DNA of 64,000 nt from positions 139,710 to 203,709 of IMG/VR virus record IMGVR_UViG_3300037455_000372; one strand, written 5' to 3'. The stretch comes from a virus (lineage: Duplodnaviria; Heunggongvirae; Uroviricota; Caudoviricetes). The position numbers and the translations under genes were made by a program. Numbering within the stretch: position 1 is the first letter of the stretch; each line of letters begins with the position of its first letter. Below the pieces are notes generated by a model. That model ran no database searches. It saw only the letters and a program-made list of their open reading frames with translations, and was not told the origin of the DNA. Shown here piece after piece: positions 19,174 through 29,229 of this stretch.

Positions 19174-19199
19174 AAAAAGCCTTGCTCGTCGCAAGGCTT
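19174..19199 (-). terminator. rho-independent terminator
   Basis: AAGCCTTGC-N5-GCAAGGCTT with an A run on + (T run on -), just after the stop at 19204. Confidence 0.75.
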
Positions 19200-19203
19200 G
19201 GTA

Positions 19204-21132
19204 TTAGTTGATGTCAGAGTAGAGGTTTTTGGCCGATTTCTTGTCGATCAAGAAGCAACCCCTCTTACCCTTGAAGATGGTCTTGAGCATAATGCAGCGA
19301 GTTCCGCCGAACAGAGCCGAGAACAAGGAGCCGGTCGAAACGTCGGTACGGCTGAACTTGGCCTGTTTCGGCACAAGGAGGTAGAACGGACACTTGCCGT
19401 CATTGTCACAGATTTCGTCATAGAACTCTTGCATCGTGAGGCCATCGGCGTACTTGACATAGGTCTTGAACGCCTTGGTATAGTCTAACACGTCGTAGAA
19501 GTTCTCAAGGAATGCTCTAGGCACTTCGACGTTGGGCTGGAAATCCGGGTCAACGCTGAAATACTTAATCGGAGCAACAGATACCGTATCGGAATTTTCA
19601 TCCAAGATGTCGGCATCTACCTTCAAGTAGTTCGGAACGCAGAGGGTACCGGGGTCGCTGGCGAACTTCTTGAACAGTTCAAGCGGCGCACCGTAGATTG
19701 CCTTCCAGATACCACCGTAGCGTTTCTTGGCTACCTTCAACATTTTCTTGATGTTCTTGAAGGTACGCTTCTTGTCATCCAAGTCCTTGGTCTTGAACAA
19801 GTGCTGGATAGCCTCGCTGCTGAAGTTGAGGAACGGATATCCGAAGTCGGTAATGACCGGAGTGTTCCAAATGGCGGCACTAGTCGGTTTACCAAAACCT
19901 TCAGGAAGCTGGAAACGAATCGGTTGTCTCGGCTTCTTCGGTTCAGGCTTAACTTCTTCCTCCTCATTGTTCTTGAGGTTTTCCGGAATCGGTGTGCGAA
20001 CTGGAGTTTCGACTGGCGGTTTAGCCGGAGCTTCTGGTTCTACGCTGGCTGGAGTTTCCACGGGAGCAGCTGGTTCCTCGACCGGTTCTTCGACCGGTTC
20101 ATCGGCTGTAGATTCGGCTGGAACTTCTTCAACCGGACTTGAATCTGTGATATTATCCGGGTCGCCAAGTTCATCGTCGATGGCTATGGTTTCGTCAACC
20201 GAAGCTGGAGTTTCCTCTACGGCTGGAGCTTCAGTCGGAGCTTCAGTCGGAGCTTCAGTCGGAGCTTCGGTGGGAGCTTCGGTGGGAGCTTCAGTCGGAG
20301 CTTCGGTGGGAGCCTCGGTGGGAGCCTCGGTGGGAGCTTCAGTAGGAGCCTCAGTAGGAGCCTCAGTAGGAGCTTCAGTAGAAGCTTCAGTAGGTTCTTC
20401 AGTAGGAACTTCAGCGGGAGCTTCAGCTGGTGTTTCAACTGGAGCTTCTGTAGGGGTTTCGACCGGGGGTTCTTCTACAGGTGCTGGCTGTTCAACGGCG
20501 ACCGGTTCTTCCTTTTTGGTTTCGGCGGCTGGTGCAACTGGTTCAGCAGTTGGTTCAGCTGGCGCGGCTGTTTCAGCCGGTGCTGCTGGTTGTTCTTCTT
20601 CGTCTCCAGTAATAGTCTTGAGGCCGATGCTCTTGGCCTTTTTGATACGGCTGATCATTTCGTTATCAATGGCATCTGAAGAGAGCGACCACTGGAACGG
20701 AGTGTTCGGGTCTACAATTTCAGCAAAGTCTTTGTAGTTAATGCTCGTCGCCGTGGCTGGAGCTTTCTGGAAAATCGAGTACAGAGTCGCTAGGGTTTCG
20801 GTATCAAGGTCACTCGTGTTTGCGATACAGAGATAGGAGAGGACGGCACTGTTACCGATGATTTTGCAGATTACGTCTTCCTTCTTGCTCGGAAGATATT
20901 CGATAACACCAGCCTTTGCGAGACGAGGCAATACGTCGGCCTTGACGATCTTGTCGACCGCCTTGAGCTGGGCAACACTTTGTGGAGACGCGGATTCCGC
21001 CACCTTGGTCAAAAATTCATCAACGGCTCCGTAAATTTTACCCTTGTAACGGTCATTATCGCTCTGGCCGCACAGTTCAAGTGCGATTGCTTTGGCATTG
21101 CTTTGACGCTGTTCAGATGTAAGACTGGCCAT
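19204..21132 (-). CDS. putative virion/internal head protein with PTEA tandem repeats
   Basis: ATG at 21132 (MASLTSEQ) below the late motif at 21162-21169; the longer ORF-track start overlaps the divergent gene. Confidence 0.75.
   Translation of the reverse strand: MASLTSEQRQSNAKAIALELCGQSDNDRYKGKIYGAVDEFLTKVAESASPQSVAQLKAVDKIVKADVLPRLAKAGVIEYLPSKKEDVICKIIGNSAVLSYLCIANTSDLDTETLATLYSIFQKAPATATSINYKDFAEIVDPNTPFQWSLSSDAIDNEMISRIKKAKSIGLKTITGDEEEQPAAPAETAAPAEPTAEPVAPAAETKKEEPVAVEQPAPVEEPPVETPTEAPVETPAEAPAEVPTEEPTEASTEAPTEAPTEAPTEAPTEAPTEAPTEAPTEAPTEAPTEAPTEAPTEAPTEAPAVEETPASVDETIAIDDELGDPDNITDSSPVEEVPAESTADEPVEEPVEEPAAPVETPASVEPEAPAKPPVETPVRTPIPENLKNNEEEEVKPEPKKPRQPIRFQLPEGFGKPTSAAIWNTPVITDFGYPFLNFSSEAIQHLFKTKDLDDKKRTFKNIKKMLKVAKKRYGGIWKAIYGAPLELFKKFASDPGTLCVPNYLKVDADILDENSDTVSVAPIKYFSVDPDFQPNVEVPRAFLENFYDVLDYTKAFKTYVKYADGLTMQEFYDEICDNDGKCPFYLLVPKQAKFSRTDVSTGSLFSALFGGTRCIMLKTIFKGKRGCFLIDKKSAKNLYSDIN
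20225..20380 (-). repeat. 12-bp coding tandem repeat (GGAGCYTCRGTV on +), about 13 copies encoding PTEA, with degenerate copies to about 20470
   Basis: Directly visible; variation falls at synonymous positions. Confidence 0.95.
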
Positions 21133-21161
21133 AAAATACCTAACGATTCGTGTTTGCTTGC

Positions 21162-21208
21162 AGTTTATATGATTTTGGTATAGTTTTCGACAAAGAACAA
21201 TATAAACT
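21162..21208. promoter_or_regulatory. back-to-back putative late promoters (TATAAACT on both strands)
   Basis: AGTTTATA at 21162-21169 and TATAAACT at 21201-21208 between divergent genes. Confidence 0.7.
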
Positions 21209-21234
21209 ACGGTTAAGATTTTCGTGGTAGCATA

Positions 21235-24200
21235 ATGATGTTCCAACCAGTAGTAGAAAGCTTGGGTCCCGTTTTTATCAACCAGTTCGCCGAACAAGCG
21301 AATTGGGCAATCGATAATGCTCTTAGCACTGGTAATTCGAATGGTGATTCGCGACACGCTGGCTTCGGCCTCATTAGCGGTAACGCTGCGGCCATTGCGG
21401 TGCTGGACGGAATTTTGAATCAGCTTGACATTTCGAAGTACAGTTCGATTCTTCGTGAGACCAAGCAAGAGTCACGAGACAAACAGCGTAAGTATTTGTT
21501 CTTGGTCTCTACGGTGATTCCAGAATTGGCTCGCTACTTCTATGAGCAGCTTTCCAAGGTGGTTGGCGTAAACGGCATCTCGAAAGCTGACGTTGATGCG
21601 GCGGCTACGGTATTCCAAGAGAACTATTACAGGTCTCGTGGCGGAATGAAGAATCCGCTGTTCAAGGCTGGCCTCAACTTTACTAGGGCATTGCTATCGG
21701 CTGGTGAGGAAGGAACCGCTACGCGCCATAATACGGCGGTGGCCGACGACGCTACTGCAAACCAGTCTTTCATCAATAAGATCGGCGAAATCCAGCCTCG
21801 TACCGATGCTGGTTGGGCTTTTGTAAATGATGTCCTGAGTGTTACGAATGTCGACGCGAATGACTTGAACAAGGAAGTCGCGGTATATTTGCTGCTGGCA
21901 TACTACATTCGATATGACGACGCGATGGCCAAGAAGAACATTGCCGAGTATTCCGATTTCTTGAACAAGAACCTTGAAAAGACCAGTGGTAGCCGCGCAA
22001 AGGGTGTGGCGAAGATTGACGATGCCAGCACCAAAGCCAACGGTTCTAGCAATGGTCCGGACTTATCTCGTTTTGTAGCAAAGGATGTCGGTTCGGCTGA
22101 AGATCAGACTAACCAGCACACCCTCATTACTGACAAGACTAAGTTTACGGCCAGTAACTTTGTAAAGTTGTTCTCCGCAGAGTTCAATAAAATCTATAAC
22201 CAGCAACCGATTGCTATCAGAGGAAGCAAGGACGAACGTGTTACTCGTCGCGATGTGATGGCTGGTATGACGTTGTTATTCCGCAATACCTTCCCGAAGT
22301 TTTCTAGCGAACTTACTCCGGAAAAGGTTGATGGAATCACCAAGGATATTATTGCTTCGGACTCTGAAACTGCATTGTCCGTCCACGATGCTATGGCTGG
22401 GTACATCGAAGGTGAAGACGGTTCGCTGTTCGATGATTTGGAGAAGTATTACGAAGATCCAAATTATAGAACCCATATTATTGAAGTAATCAAGAAGTAT
22501 GTCATTATTGGTAATCGTCGACTAGGCCAGTATGGTTATTTGCCTGACCCAGCACCGGGTTTTGGCGAACAAAGCTCGAATGACCGTAACAAGACTAGCG
22601 GCATCACCACCCTCGGTAATGAATTGTCTACGCTGTTCGTGAATGATGGCGAAAATGTTCATATTTTGAATATGAATCCTCATTCATCGACTGGTGGCGA
22701 TTTGTCAGCTGAAGAAGTTGAGACGATTTCGCTTAGCGATATCCGCGAAAAATGTAAGGACTACCGGTCTCGTACTCTGGTCAATGTGACCATCGGTAAG
22801 GGAAACCGTGTATGGGGTGTTATTTTCGGAATCCAGCCGTTCTCGGAACTGGTTGGTGAGGACTTCACCGATTCTATGAGCGAAAGTCCTTTGATTCGCG
22901 AGTTGAAGACTCGTATCGGTAATGAACACCCGATTAACAGTTTTGAAGACGAAGCCAAGAGTTTGGCACGTATCAAGTCAAGACTTTATCTGCCGAACAA
23001 CCGCTATAAGATGAAGCACGTCGGTTTTGCGAATGACGCGTCTACCGACCAAGATTATGAAGCCTTTGCAAAGAAGGTTTTCAATACGACGACCACAATT
23101 CCCAATGCTGGTGAATTGCTGACTCGTACCGCAAGCATTGCGAAGGCATTTACCAACGCGGCGAACAACTATCTCAGAAGCTGCACTTACATCAAGGATG
23201 ATAACTTGATGAAGTCGAAGCGTGATGCCCTGTATAGTGCCGCTCCTACCGCCGAAGCTTTGGTGATTCAAGGCTCCAGCGCGATTGATTTCAGCGTCTA
23301 CCGTTTCTTGGCTAACGAAAAGAATAACGCTAACGGAACTGGCGCGAATGCGGAAGTGTCCGAGGCTATTAAGTCTCTGGTTCTTGCCATCAAGTTTGCT
23401 ACTTATGTACAGTCCACCAACGGCGATCTGAATAACGAAAAGAACGTTCGTATGGTGACAAAGTGTGTTGATTATTTCTCTGCGTTCGCTAACTGGGCAT
23501 CTGGCGTTGAAGGGGTAACTCTTACTCCGGAAGATAAGGTCATCGTGGCTGCCTCTGACGGTAGTAAGGTCGACTCGGTTAAGTATATCACCGACCCGAA
23601 GACCATCGCTCGTTGGTCTGGGATGGTCAAGAGCTTGACTGACGCCCAGTTGAACGAAAAGACCGGTGACCCGATTGTCGACCAAGAAATCGAAAACAGC
23701 AAGCAGTTGATTGCTGATTGGAATAACGTGGTCGATACCGAGATCAAGGGTAAGGGTTATACCGTGAAGGACTTGCATACAGTCCAGAAACTCTGTAAGT
23801 CCTTGTCCACTGGCGAGCAGACCTACAGCAAGTTCAATGACCTTTATACGGCTACCCAGTTGCTTATCTCGCTGCGTACAATCGGTGGTATCGGTACTAC
23901 CGAAGAACAGTCGATGGAACAGTCGATGGAAATGTCTGACAACGCCAAGTATCAAAATGTCGAACTTGGGGATTTGACGCCAGCTGCTCCGGTTACTGCG
24001 GTCGATAAGGAAAACTCGAACGCCTATGAATTGAATAAGATTGACGATTTACTTGATGGCAATACCGCTGGTGAGATTTATGCTGGTAAGGCTGCCGTGA
24101 AGGAAGTCGCTGCTGATCCGAACGACGCCTTTGACGAAATGGTTAAGCAAGCCAACGCGAGCAGCAATCCGTATGACCACGCGATGGCCATTATCAAGGA

Positions 24201-27174
24201 TATCCAACTGATGACCGACACGAAGAACACGTTGTCGGAACAGATTGGTGTGTTCTCTGACCAGCTGCCGGATGATGCGGAACTGAATGAAACCCAGCAG
24301 ACCGCCGTGTGGGATATGGAACGTCGCGTCGAAGCCGTCGACAAGGCGTTGGTTTCCTTGAAGGAAATGCTGGCGAAGGACTACAATAAGGCCGTTGGTG
24401 TAAAGACGATGGTTAGCGTAATCCAGTCTGGCGCGGTTAAGCCGATTGAAGTCGAACAGGCTCGTAGAATCATCGATGCTGCTGAGACCAATAAGGAATC
24501 TCGCTACAATACTTTGACCCGTAGTGAGTATGCTTATACTAACGACGATACGTCGACGATTTCCCACCTTGTGTCCGTCCTTGGTGAAGAGCTGTTCAGC
24601 TCTACTGGAGCGGACGTTAAGGAAGCTTATGACGAAATTTCGACTCTCCGTTCTTATGTAAGCAACGCTAGTGGAAACCCGGCTTCGATGAAGGCCATCA
24701 ATTATACTTTGAAGGCTCTCGAACAGATGGGTAATGCAGATGAAGGTCAGACGTATGCTGCTTTGATTAAGCTCGTCAATAAGGTTGGCCGCTTGATTTC
24801 GAGCGACCCCGAAAGCATTACTGACGAATTGAACAGCACGACTGGCCTCCGTTATGGAAAGACTAACAGTTATGCCAACAAGGATGCTCAGGATAATCCG
24901 GTCGACGCATTTGCTCGCGCACGACTCCGTCCGCTGGATTCGAAGAATACCGGTGTAAGTGCGGGTAGTAAGGAAGCCGAAGAACGTATCGCTTTCTCGG
25001 ATAATATGAGACAAGCGATGAAGGATAATCCGGTATTGGCAAAGTATGCGTATAGTCTTGGTAAGGCGATGGAAACTTTCGAGAAAAGCATCGTTGATGA
25101 AGATGAACGCTATTCTGACAATGCCCGTATCGAGCGTATGTTCAAGAGTATCGAGAGTAGCTTGACGGAAGGTAATATGTCGTACGGCGGCATCGCTAAG
25201 TCGATTCCGCAGCGTATTGTGTATAACGCTATCTTCGACGATGAACGCTCTGGCGATACCCAATATACGAGCACCGAAAATGCCGTTGAACATCTGGCTG
25301 GTGGTTATAACTTACAGCTGTTGGCCAAGGAATTCTTGAATCCGGGCGAACGTGAAACTGGTGCAGCTTGGGCTTCCAAGCGCGATAAGGCGACGTTCAG
25401 CTATTCGTTCGGTGACGATAAGTTGAATCCGATTGGTTCTGGTCGTAACAAACCGGGCGAAGCCTTGTACGATGACGAAGATAAGGCTGAAATTATCGCT
25501 TCTTGGTTCAACCCAGATAATCCGATCAGCTTCAATATGAAGGTATCTGAATCGACTGGCGAAATCTCGATTCCGGTTAGCGAACGTATTAAGCTCGTCA
25601 AGTCGGCTCGTCAGTACATCTGTTCGGCGATTGCCGACCGAATCGGTACCATCGACGAACTTACTGGTGAAGTAAGCTTGAAGAACAATAAGGCTTCTGA
25701 TGCGCTCAAGGCGGCGGTTAAGTCTATCCACTCGCTTGCTGACGATATGGAAACTCCGATTGCCGATGTTATGGTTGCAACGACTTCGCTCGGCCAGAAG
25801 AACGCTCGTGCGGCTCTTATCGAACGTGCCAAGGAATCCTTGGTTAATAACGACGAGAACTACTCCATCGAAGAAATGGGCGACATTGCGAACGAAGTTA
25901 ATGTCTTCCCGGAACGACTCTCGAAGGATTTGTCTAAGGTCGACCAAGATTGGGTTGACAAGATGACTTCGATAGTTTCTAATATTCCGGACGAATTGAG
26001 CGAACGTGATGTTATCGCTGCTACCGATATGTATTGTGGTTCTAAGATTGACCAGCAACGTATGATGGGCAATCCGAACCTCAAGGCGATGTATATGATC
26101 CTTCGTGGAATCCAGAGTATGAAGGGTCGCAACGGTGCTCCTATTGGATATTTTGGCGATAACAGCTATGATGAGGTTCAGAATCTCCAAGACCTCATTA
26201 ACAATGTGTGCCAGTTCAAGACTGATGAAAATACTTGGAAGGACGCTGCTGCCAAGATGAATCGCCAGCTGACGGCGGATCTTGAACGTGGCGAGACCAC
26301 AAGACGCATCGGAAATGATTTGCCGTCTATGTCGGCTCGTAAGCGTCTCGCTCACCTCCGTATGGACCCGCATTACAGTGTCGATCACAGCGATGCTTTG
26401 AGCACGACTGTTATCCAGATGAACAGGGCGTTGGCTCGTTCTAGGTACCTCATTCCGGGCAATTCTAGCCGCAGCGTTCGTTTCTCTGACTACGACCTCG
26501 CGCTTGATGTCCGTACTTTGACGTACTGGCTGTATGCCGCCGCAAATCAGATGGCTGCCGATGGAATCACGTATGCTAACTCCGATGACGGTGAGTTCGC
26601 TGAACAGGCCGAGCAGTATATGGACAAGCTTGTGATGACTTATGTCACTGGTGTCAAGCCGAAGAATCTCAAGTATCTTGAAACCTCTGCCGAGGATTCC
26701 AAGGTTCCTGAATCTGTCGCGTTGGGCGATGATATGCTGAAGCTTACTCACACCGAAGACATTAGTGATAATATGGTCAAGGTCGATAGCATTGGCTTGT
26801 TGACCAAGGATGCCTATGTTGCAGCTGTTCGTAACGCTTATGACAAGGCGGTTGCCGAAACCAACGGTAAGCCGAGCGACCAAGACATTGAACACGAGTT
26901 CTATGTGCAGATGGGTGTCCTTACTGGCAAGACCTTCAATACCAAGACCAATGCTTACGACGCGGAAACTCCGATCTATGACTTGGCCAAGATTCCGGCG
27001 GTTAACGCTCCTAAGAAGAAGGCCGAACCTCCGGTAGCTTTGAAGCAGACCGAAAAGCCGGTTCCTGAAAAGGCAGCCGAGCCAGAAAAGCCGGTTCCTA
27101 CCGAAGAACCTCAACCTGAAGAAAAGGAAGAGGAGGAAGAAACCCCGGCCCCGGTCTATGGTGCTGGACAATAA
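21235..27174 (+). CDS. very large hypothetical putative virion protein (1979 aa)
   Basis: Long ORF with late motif upstream; largely helical-looking and acidic with a P/E-rich C-terminal tail; no catalytic motif recognised. Confidence 0.8.
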   Translation: MMFQPVVESLGPVFINQFAEQANWAIDNALSTGNSNGDSRHAGFGLISGNAAAIAVLDGILNQLDISKYSSILRETKQESRDKQRKYLFLVSTVIPELARYFYEQLSKVVGVNGISKADVDAAATVFQENYYRSRGGMKNPLFKAGLNFTRALLSAGEEGTATRHNTAVADDATANQSFINKIGEIQPRTDAGWAFVNDVLSVTNVDANDLNKEVAVYLLLAYYIRYDDAMAKKNIAEYSDFLNKNLEKTSGSRAKGVAKIDDASTKANGSSNGPDLSRFVAKDVGSAEDQTNQHTLITDKTKFTASNFVKLFSAEFNKIYNQQPIAIRGSKDERVTRRDVMAGMTLLFRNTFPKFSSELTPEKVDGITKDIIASDSETALSVHDAMAGYIEGEDGSLFDDLEKYYEDPNYRTHIIEVIKKYVIIGNRRLGQYGYLPDPAPGFGEQSSNDRNKTSGITTLGNELSTLFVNDGENVHILNMNPHSSTGGDLSAEEVETISLSDIREKCKDYRSRTLVNVTIGKGNRVWGVIFGIQPFSELVGEDFTDSMSESPLIRELKTRIGNEHPINSFEDEAKSLARIKSRLYLPNNRYKMKHVGFANDASTDQDYEAFAKKVFNTTTTIPNAGELLTRTASIAKAFTNAANNYLRSCTYIKDDNLMKSKRDALYSAAPTAEALVIQGSSAIDFSVYRFLANEKNNANGTGANAEVSEAIKSLVLAIKFATYVQSTNGDLNNEKNVRMVTKCVDYFSAFANWASGVEGVTLTPEDKVIVAASDGSKVDSVKYITDPKTIARWSGMVKSLTDAQLNEKTGDPIVDQEIENSKQLIADWNNVVDTEIKGKGYTVKDLHTVQKLCKSLSTGEQTYSKFNDLYTATQLLISLRTIGGIGTTEEQSMEQSMEMSDNAKYQNVELGDLTPAAPVTAVDKENSNAYELNKIDDLLDGNTAGEIYAGKAAVKEVAADPNDAFDEMVKQANASSNPYDHAMAIIKDIQLMTDTKNTLSEQIGVFSDQLPDDAELNETQQTAVWDMERRVEAVDKALVSLKEMLAKDYNKAVGVKTMVSVIQSGAVKPIEVEQARRIIDAAETNKESRYNTLTRSEYAYTNDDTSTISHLVSVLGEELFSSTGADVKEAYDEISTLRSYVSNASGNPASMKAINYTLKALEQMGNADEGQTYAALIKLVNKVGRLISSDPESITDELNSTTGLRYGKTNSYANKDAQDNPVDAFARARLRPLDSKNTGVSAGSKEAEERIAFSDNMRQAMKDNPVLAKYAYSLGKAMETFEKSIVDEDERYSDNARIERMFKSIESSLTEGNMSYGGIAKSIPQRIVYNAIFDDERSGDTQYTSTENAVEHLAGGYNLQLLAKEFLNPGERETGAAWASKRDKATFSYSFGDDKLNPIGSGRNKPGEALYDDEDKAEIIASWFNPDNPISFNMKVSESTGEISIPVSERIKLVKSARQYICSAIADRIGTIDELTGEVSLKNNKASDALKAAVKSIHSLADDMETPIADVMVATTSLGQKNARAALIERAKESLVNNDENYSIEEMGDIANEVNVFPERLSKDLSKVDQDWVDKMTSIVSNIPDELSERDVIAATDMYCGSKIDQQRMMGNPNLKAMYMILRGIQSMKGRNGAPIGYFGDNSYDEVQNLQDLINNVCQFKTDENTWKDAAAKMNRQLTADLERGETTRRIGNDLPSMSARKRLAHLRMDPHYSVDHSDALSTTVIQMNRALARSRYLIPGNSSRSVRFSDYDLALDVRTLTYWLYAAANQMAADGITYANSDDGEFAEQAEQYMDKLVMTYVTGVKPKNLKYLETSAEDSKVPESVALGDDMLKLTHTEDISDNMVKVDSIGLLTKDAYVAAVRNAYDKAVAETNGKPSDQDIEHEFYVQMGVLTGKTFNTKTNAYDAETPIYDLAKIPAVNAPKKKAEPPVALKQTEKPVPEKAAEPEKPVPTEEPQPEEKEEEEETPAPVYGAGQ

Positions 27175-27210
27175 AAATAAGAGGCGGTGATGAACCGCCT
27201 CTTTATTTTA
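27175..27210. terminator. bidirectional terminator between convergent genes
   Basis: A-rich flank, GAGGCGGT-gatga-ACCGCCTC, then TTTATTTT. Confidence 0.85.
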
Positions 27211-27222
27211 AATCCGAAATGG

Positions 27223-27792
27223 TTACTTTCGCAAAGTAAGGTAGTCGAATCCGGTGTAATTTTTGAACGCGTTGAGAGCGGCTTCGCACGATGCCGCCAG
27301 AGCGGAAAGCTGCGCGTTGTCGATTGCTGCCGGGTTTGCTGACTCGGTCTTTGGTGTTGCCATACCGTCACAGCCGTGATACAGAATGCCTTGGCCTTTC
27401 TTCACGTTTTCGAAAAGCTGGCGGATTTCGCTTACGACGTTTTCGGACGGATGTTCTTTTTCGAAACTTTCGATGATAGCGTCGATTCCGAGGTTGCCAA
27501 CGGACGAGCAGCAAGCGGCACCACCGGCGTCTCCAGAACCCATACCGATATCGGCGACCGGTCCGGAGGTTCCGACCGTGCTAGTACCCATAACGACTGG
27601 GCTGGTGCTTCCGCCATCGGACGATGAGGCTAGGTGGCCAAAGCCCGGATTGCTGTCAAATCCGTATTCCTTGAAGCCGACCTTGGCGTGTTTACGCTTT
27701 TCCTTGCCTTTATGGGGCTGGAAGGATTCCCGGATCGTCTTGCCGTTCTTGCACTTACTCACACAGTCTTTGATGAATTGAAATGCGTCCAT
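27223..27792 (-). CDS. hypothetical putative late protein
   Basis: 189-aa ORF; late motif at 27818-27825; IRES, IIES and LFE motifs. Confidence 0.7.
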   Translation of the reverse strand: MDAFQFIKDCVSKCKNGKTIRESFQPHKGKEKRKHAKVGFKEYGFDSNPGFGHLASSSDGGSTSPVVMGTSTVGTSGPVADIGMGSGDAGGAACCSSVGNLGIDAIIESFEKEHPSENVVSEIRQLFENVKKGQGILYHGCDGMATPKTESANPAAIDNAQLSALAASCEAALNAFKNYTGFDYLTLRK

Positions 27793-27843
27793 AGAGCTTT
27801 ACCGATACTTTTGATATAGTTTATAATTTGGACGAGGTAGAAT

Positions 27844-28797
27844 ATGACTGCTTACGAAGTTTTAGGTATAGATTTCAATGCGACCCAAGAGGATATCGAC
27901 AAGGCGTACAAGTCCTTGGCGAGACAATATCATCCTGACAAGAACAATGGTGACGACACCAAGATGGTGGAGCTTAACGAAGCCTACAAGTTAATCGGCA
28001 AGCCGGACGCACGAAAGAAGTACGACGAGTCTAACGCCAATACGGCGATGTTCGAGATGATGTCCACCGTGTTTGGAAAACCTACCGTTGCACGTGACTT
28101 CGGAAAGGCTCCGACGAAAGACCCTCGGATGAAGAACGGAACCAATATCAAGCTGAACGTGACAATTCCTCTGGATATCTATCTGTCCGGTTGTGAGAAG
28201 ATGCCGATCAAGTTCACTCGTATCTGCGAATGCCTAGACTGTGGTGGTACTGGTGGAAACCGGGAGTGCAAGTGTCCGGTTTGCGGCGGCTACGGCTATG
28301 TCGTCAAGGATGGCAAGAAGCTTAGCTGTACCAAGTGTAATAGGACTGGCACTATTAAGATTAACCCCTGCAAAACGTGCAATGGAAAGGGTTTCTTGAA
28401 GAAAAAGGTCAGCAAGACTATTTTCTATCGTCCGGGCGTGTTGACCGAGACTATCAAGGGTGCTGGAAACAATGGTCTGTATGGCGGAGCCAATGGCGAC
28501 CTAGTCATTACCTACAAGCCGAAGGCTCCCGTAGGCACGAAATTTACTGAAGACGGCTTTATCGAGACCGGAATTACCTTGAATGTCGAAGACTTGGTCT
28601 TGGGCGTGACTAAGATGGTCAAGATTGGAAACTGGTCGGCTTACATCAATTTCGAACCAAAAGATATGAAATCCATACCAATTGTGAAAGAAATTGGTAA
28701 GTTTAAATTCAGGTTCGGGGTATACTTGGAAATAAACCAGAATGATGTTAATTTTGCTCAGAATTTGCGCAACAATCGTGTAAATGACCTAATTTAG
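27844..28797 (+). CDS. dnaJ: DnaJ-like co-chaperone
   Basis: J-domain with YHPDKN; four CxxCxxxG zinc-finger repeats; GxxGDL C-terminal motif. Confidence 0.93.
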   Translation: MTAYEVLGIDFNATQEDIDKAYKSLARQYHPDKNNGDDTKMVELNEAYKLIGKPDARKKYDESNANTAMFEMMSTVFGKPTVARDFGKAPTKDPRMKNGTNIKLNVTIPLDIYLSGCEKMPIKFTRICECLDCGGTGGNRECKCPVCGGYGYVVKDGKKLSCTKCNRTGTIKINPCKTCNGKGFLKKKVSKTIFYRPGVLTETIKGAGNNGLYGGANGDLVITYKPKAPVGTKFTEDGFIETGITLNVEDLVLGVTKMVKIGNWSAYINFEPKDMKSIPIVKEIGKFKFRFGVYLEINQNDVNFAQNLRNNRVNDLI

Positions 28798-28815
28798 GTC
28801 TAAGTGAGGTTTGTT

Positions 28816-29229
28816 ATGAATACCGAAGAACCCAAACAGAAGATTTTGAAAATGTCGGTAGCTGACCGTGTGCTTGCGATGGGCTACATCCATACGTTGC
28901 AATGCACTTGGAAACTGCGCGTCGAGTACGAGAAGGTGCAGAGGATTCTCCCCCCTAGCCAAGAAGACCGTATCAAGGCTGGTTTGTCTATGGACAAGAA
29001 TGGCCAGCCGGTTGCCGAAAACGACTTCCTTACCGATGTCGACGTGACCGAATTCCCGGCTGGAATCGCTGATTCTATCCGCCGTCAGCTCGAATACCTC
29101 CAAGAGGCTCGTCTGTCCGAACACGGCGATATCCTTCATAAAATGTACCACAGCTGGTGCCGCGTCCTAGGACCGTTGGTTGGATATGTTGAAGTCGAAG
29201 ATCCGAAACGTACTGACATCGTTTACTAA
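28816..29229 (+). CDS. hypothetical protein
   Basis: ORF downstream of dnaJ; GAGG RBS before ATG 28816. Confidence 0.7.
   Translation: MNTEEPKQKILKMSVADRVLAMGYIHTLQCTWKLRVEYEKVQRILPPSQEDRIKAGLSMDKNGQPVAENDFLTDVDVTEFPAGIADSIRRQLEYLQEARLSEHGDILHKMYHSWCRVLGPLVGYVEVEDPKRTDIVY

Noticed and set aside
20225-20470. Repeat array considered as a CRISPR array
   Set aside because: Contiguous 12-bp units with no spacers, in frame within a protein
21133-21468. N-terminal extension of the 754-aa ORF-track call
   Set aside because: It overlaps the divergent 1979-aa gene and the promoter pair; ATG 21132 fits the promoter spacing
21235-27174. Giant ORF considered as a virion RNA polymerase or tape measure
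   Set aside because: No polymerase catalytic motif or periodic tape-measure repeats were recognised, so it is left as unknown
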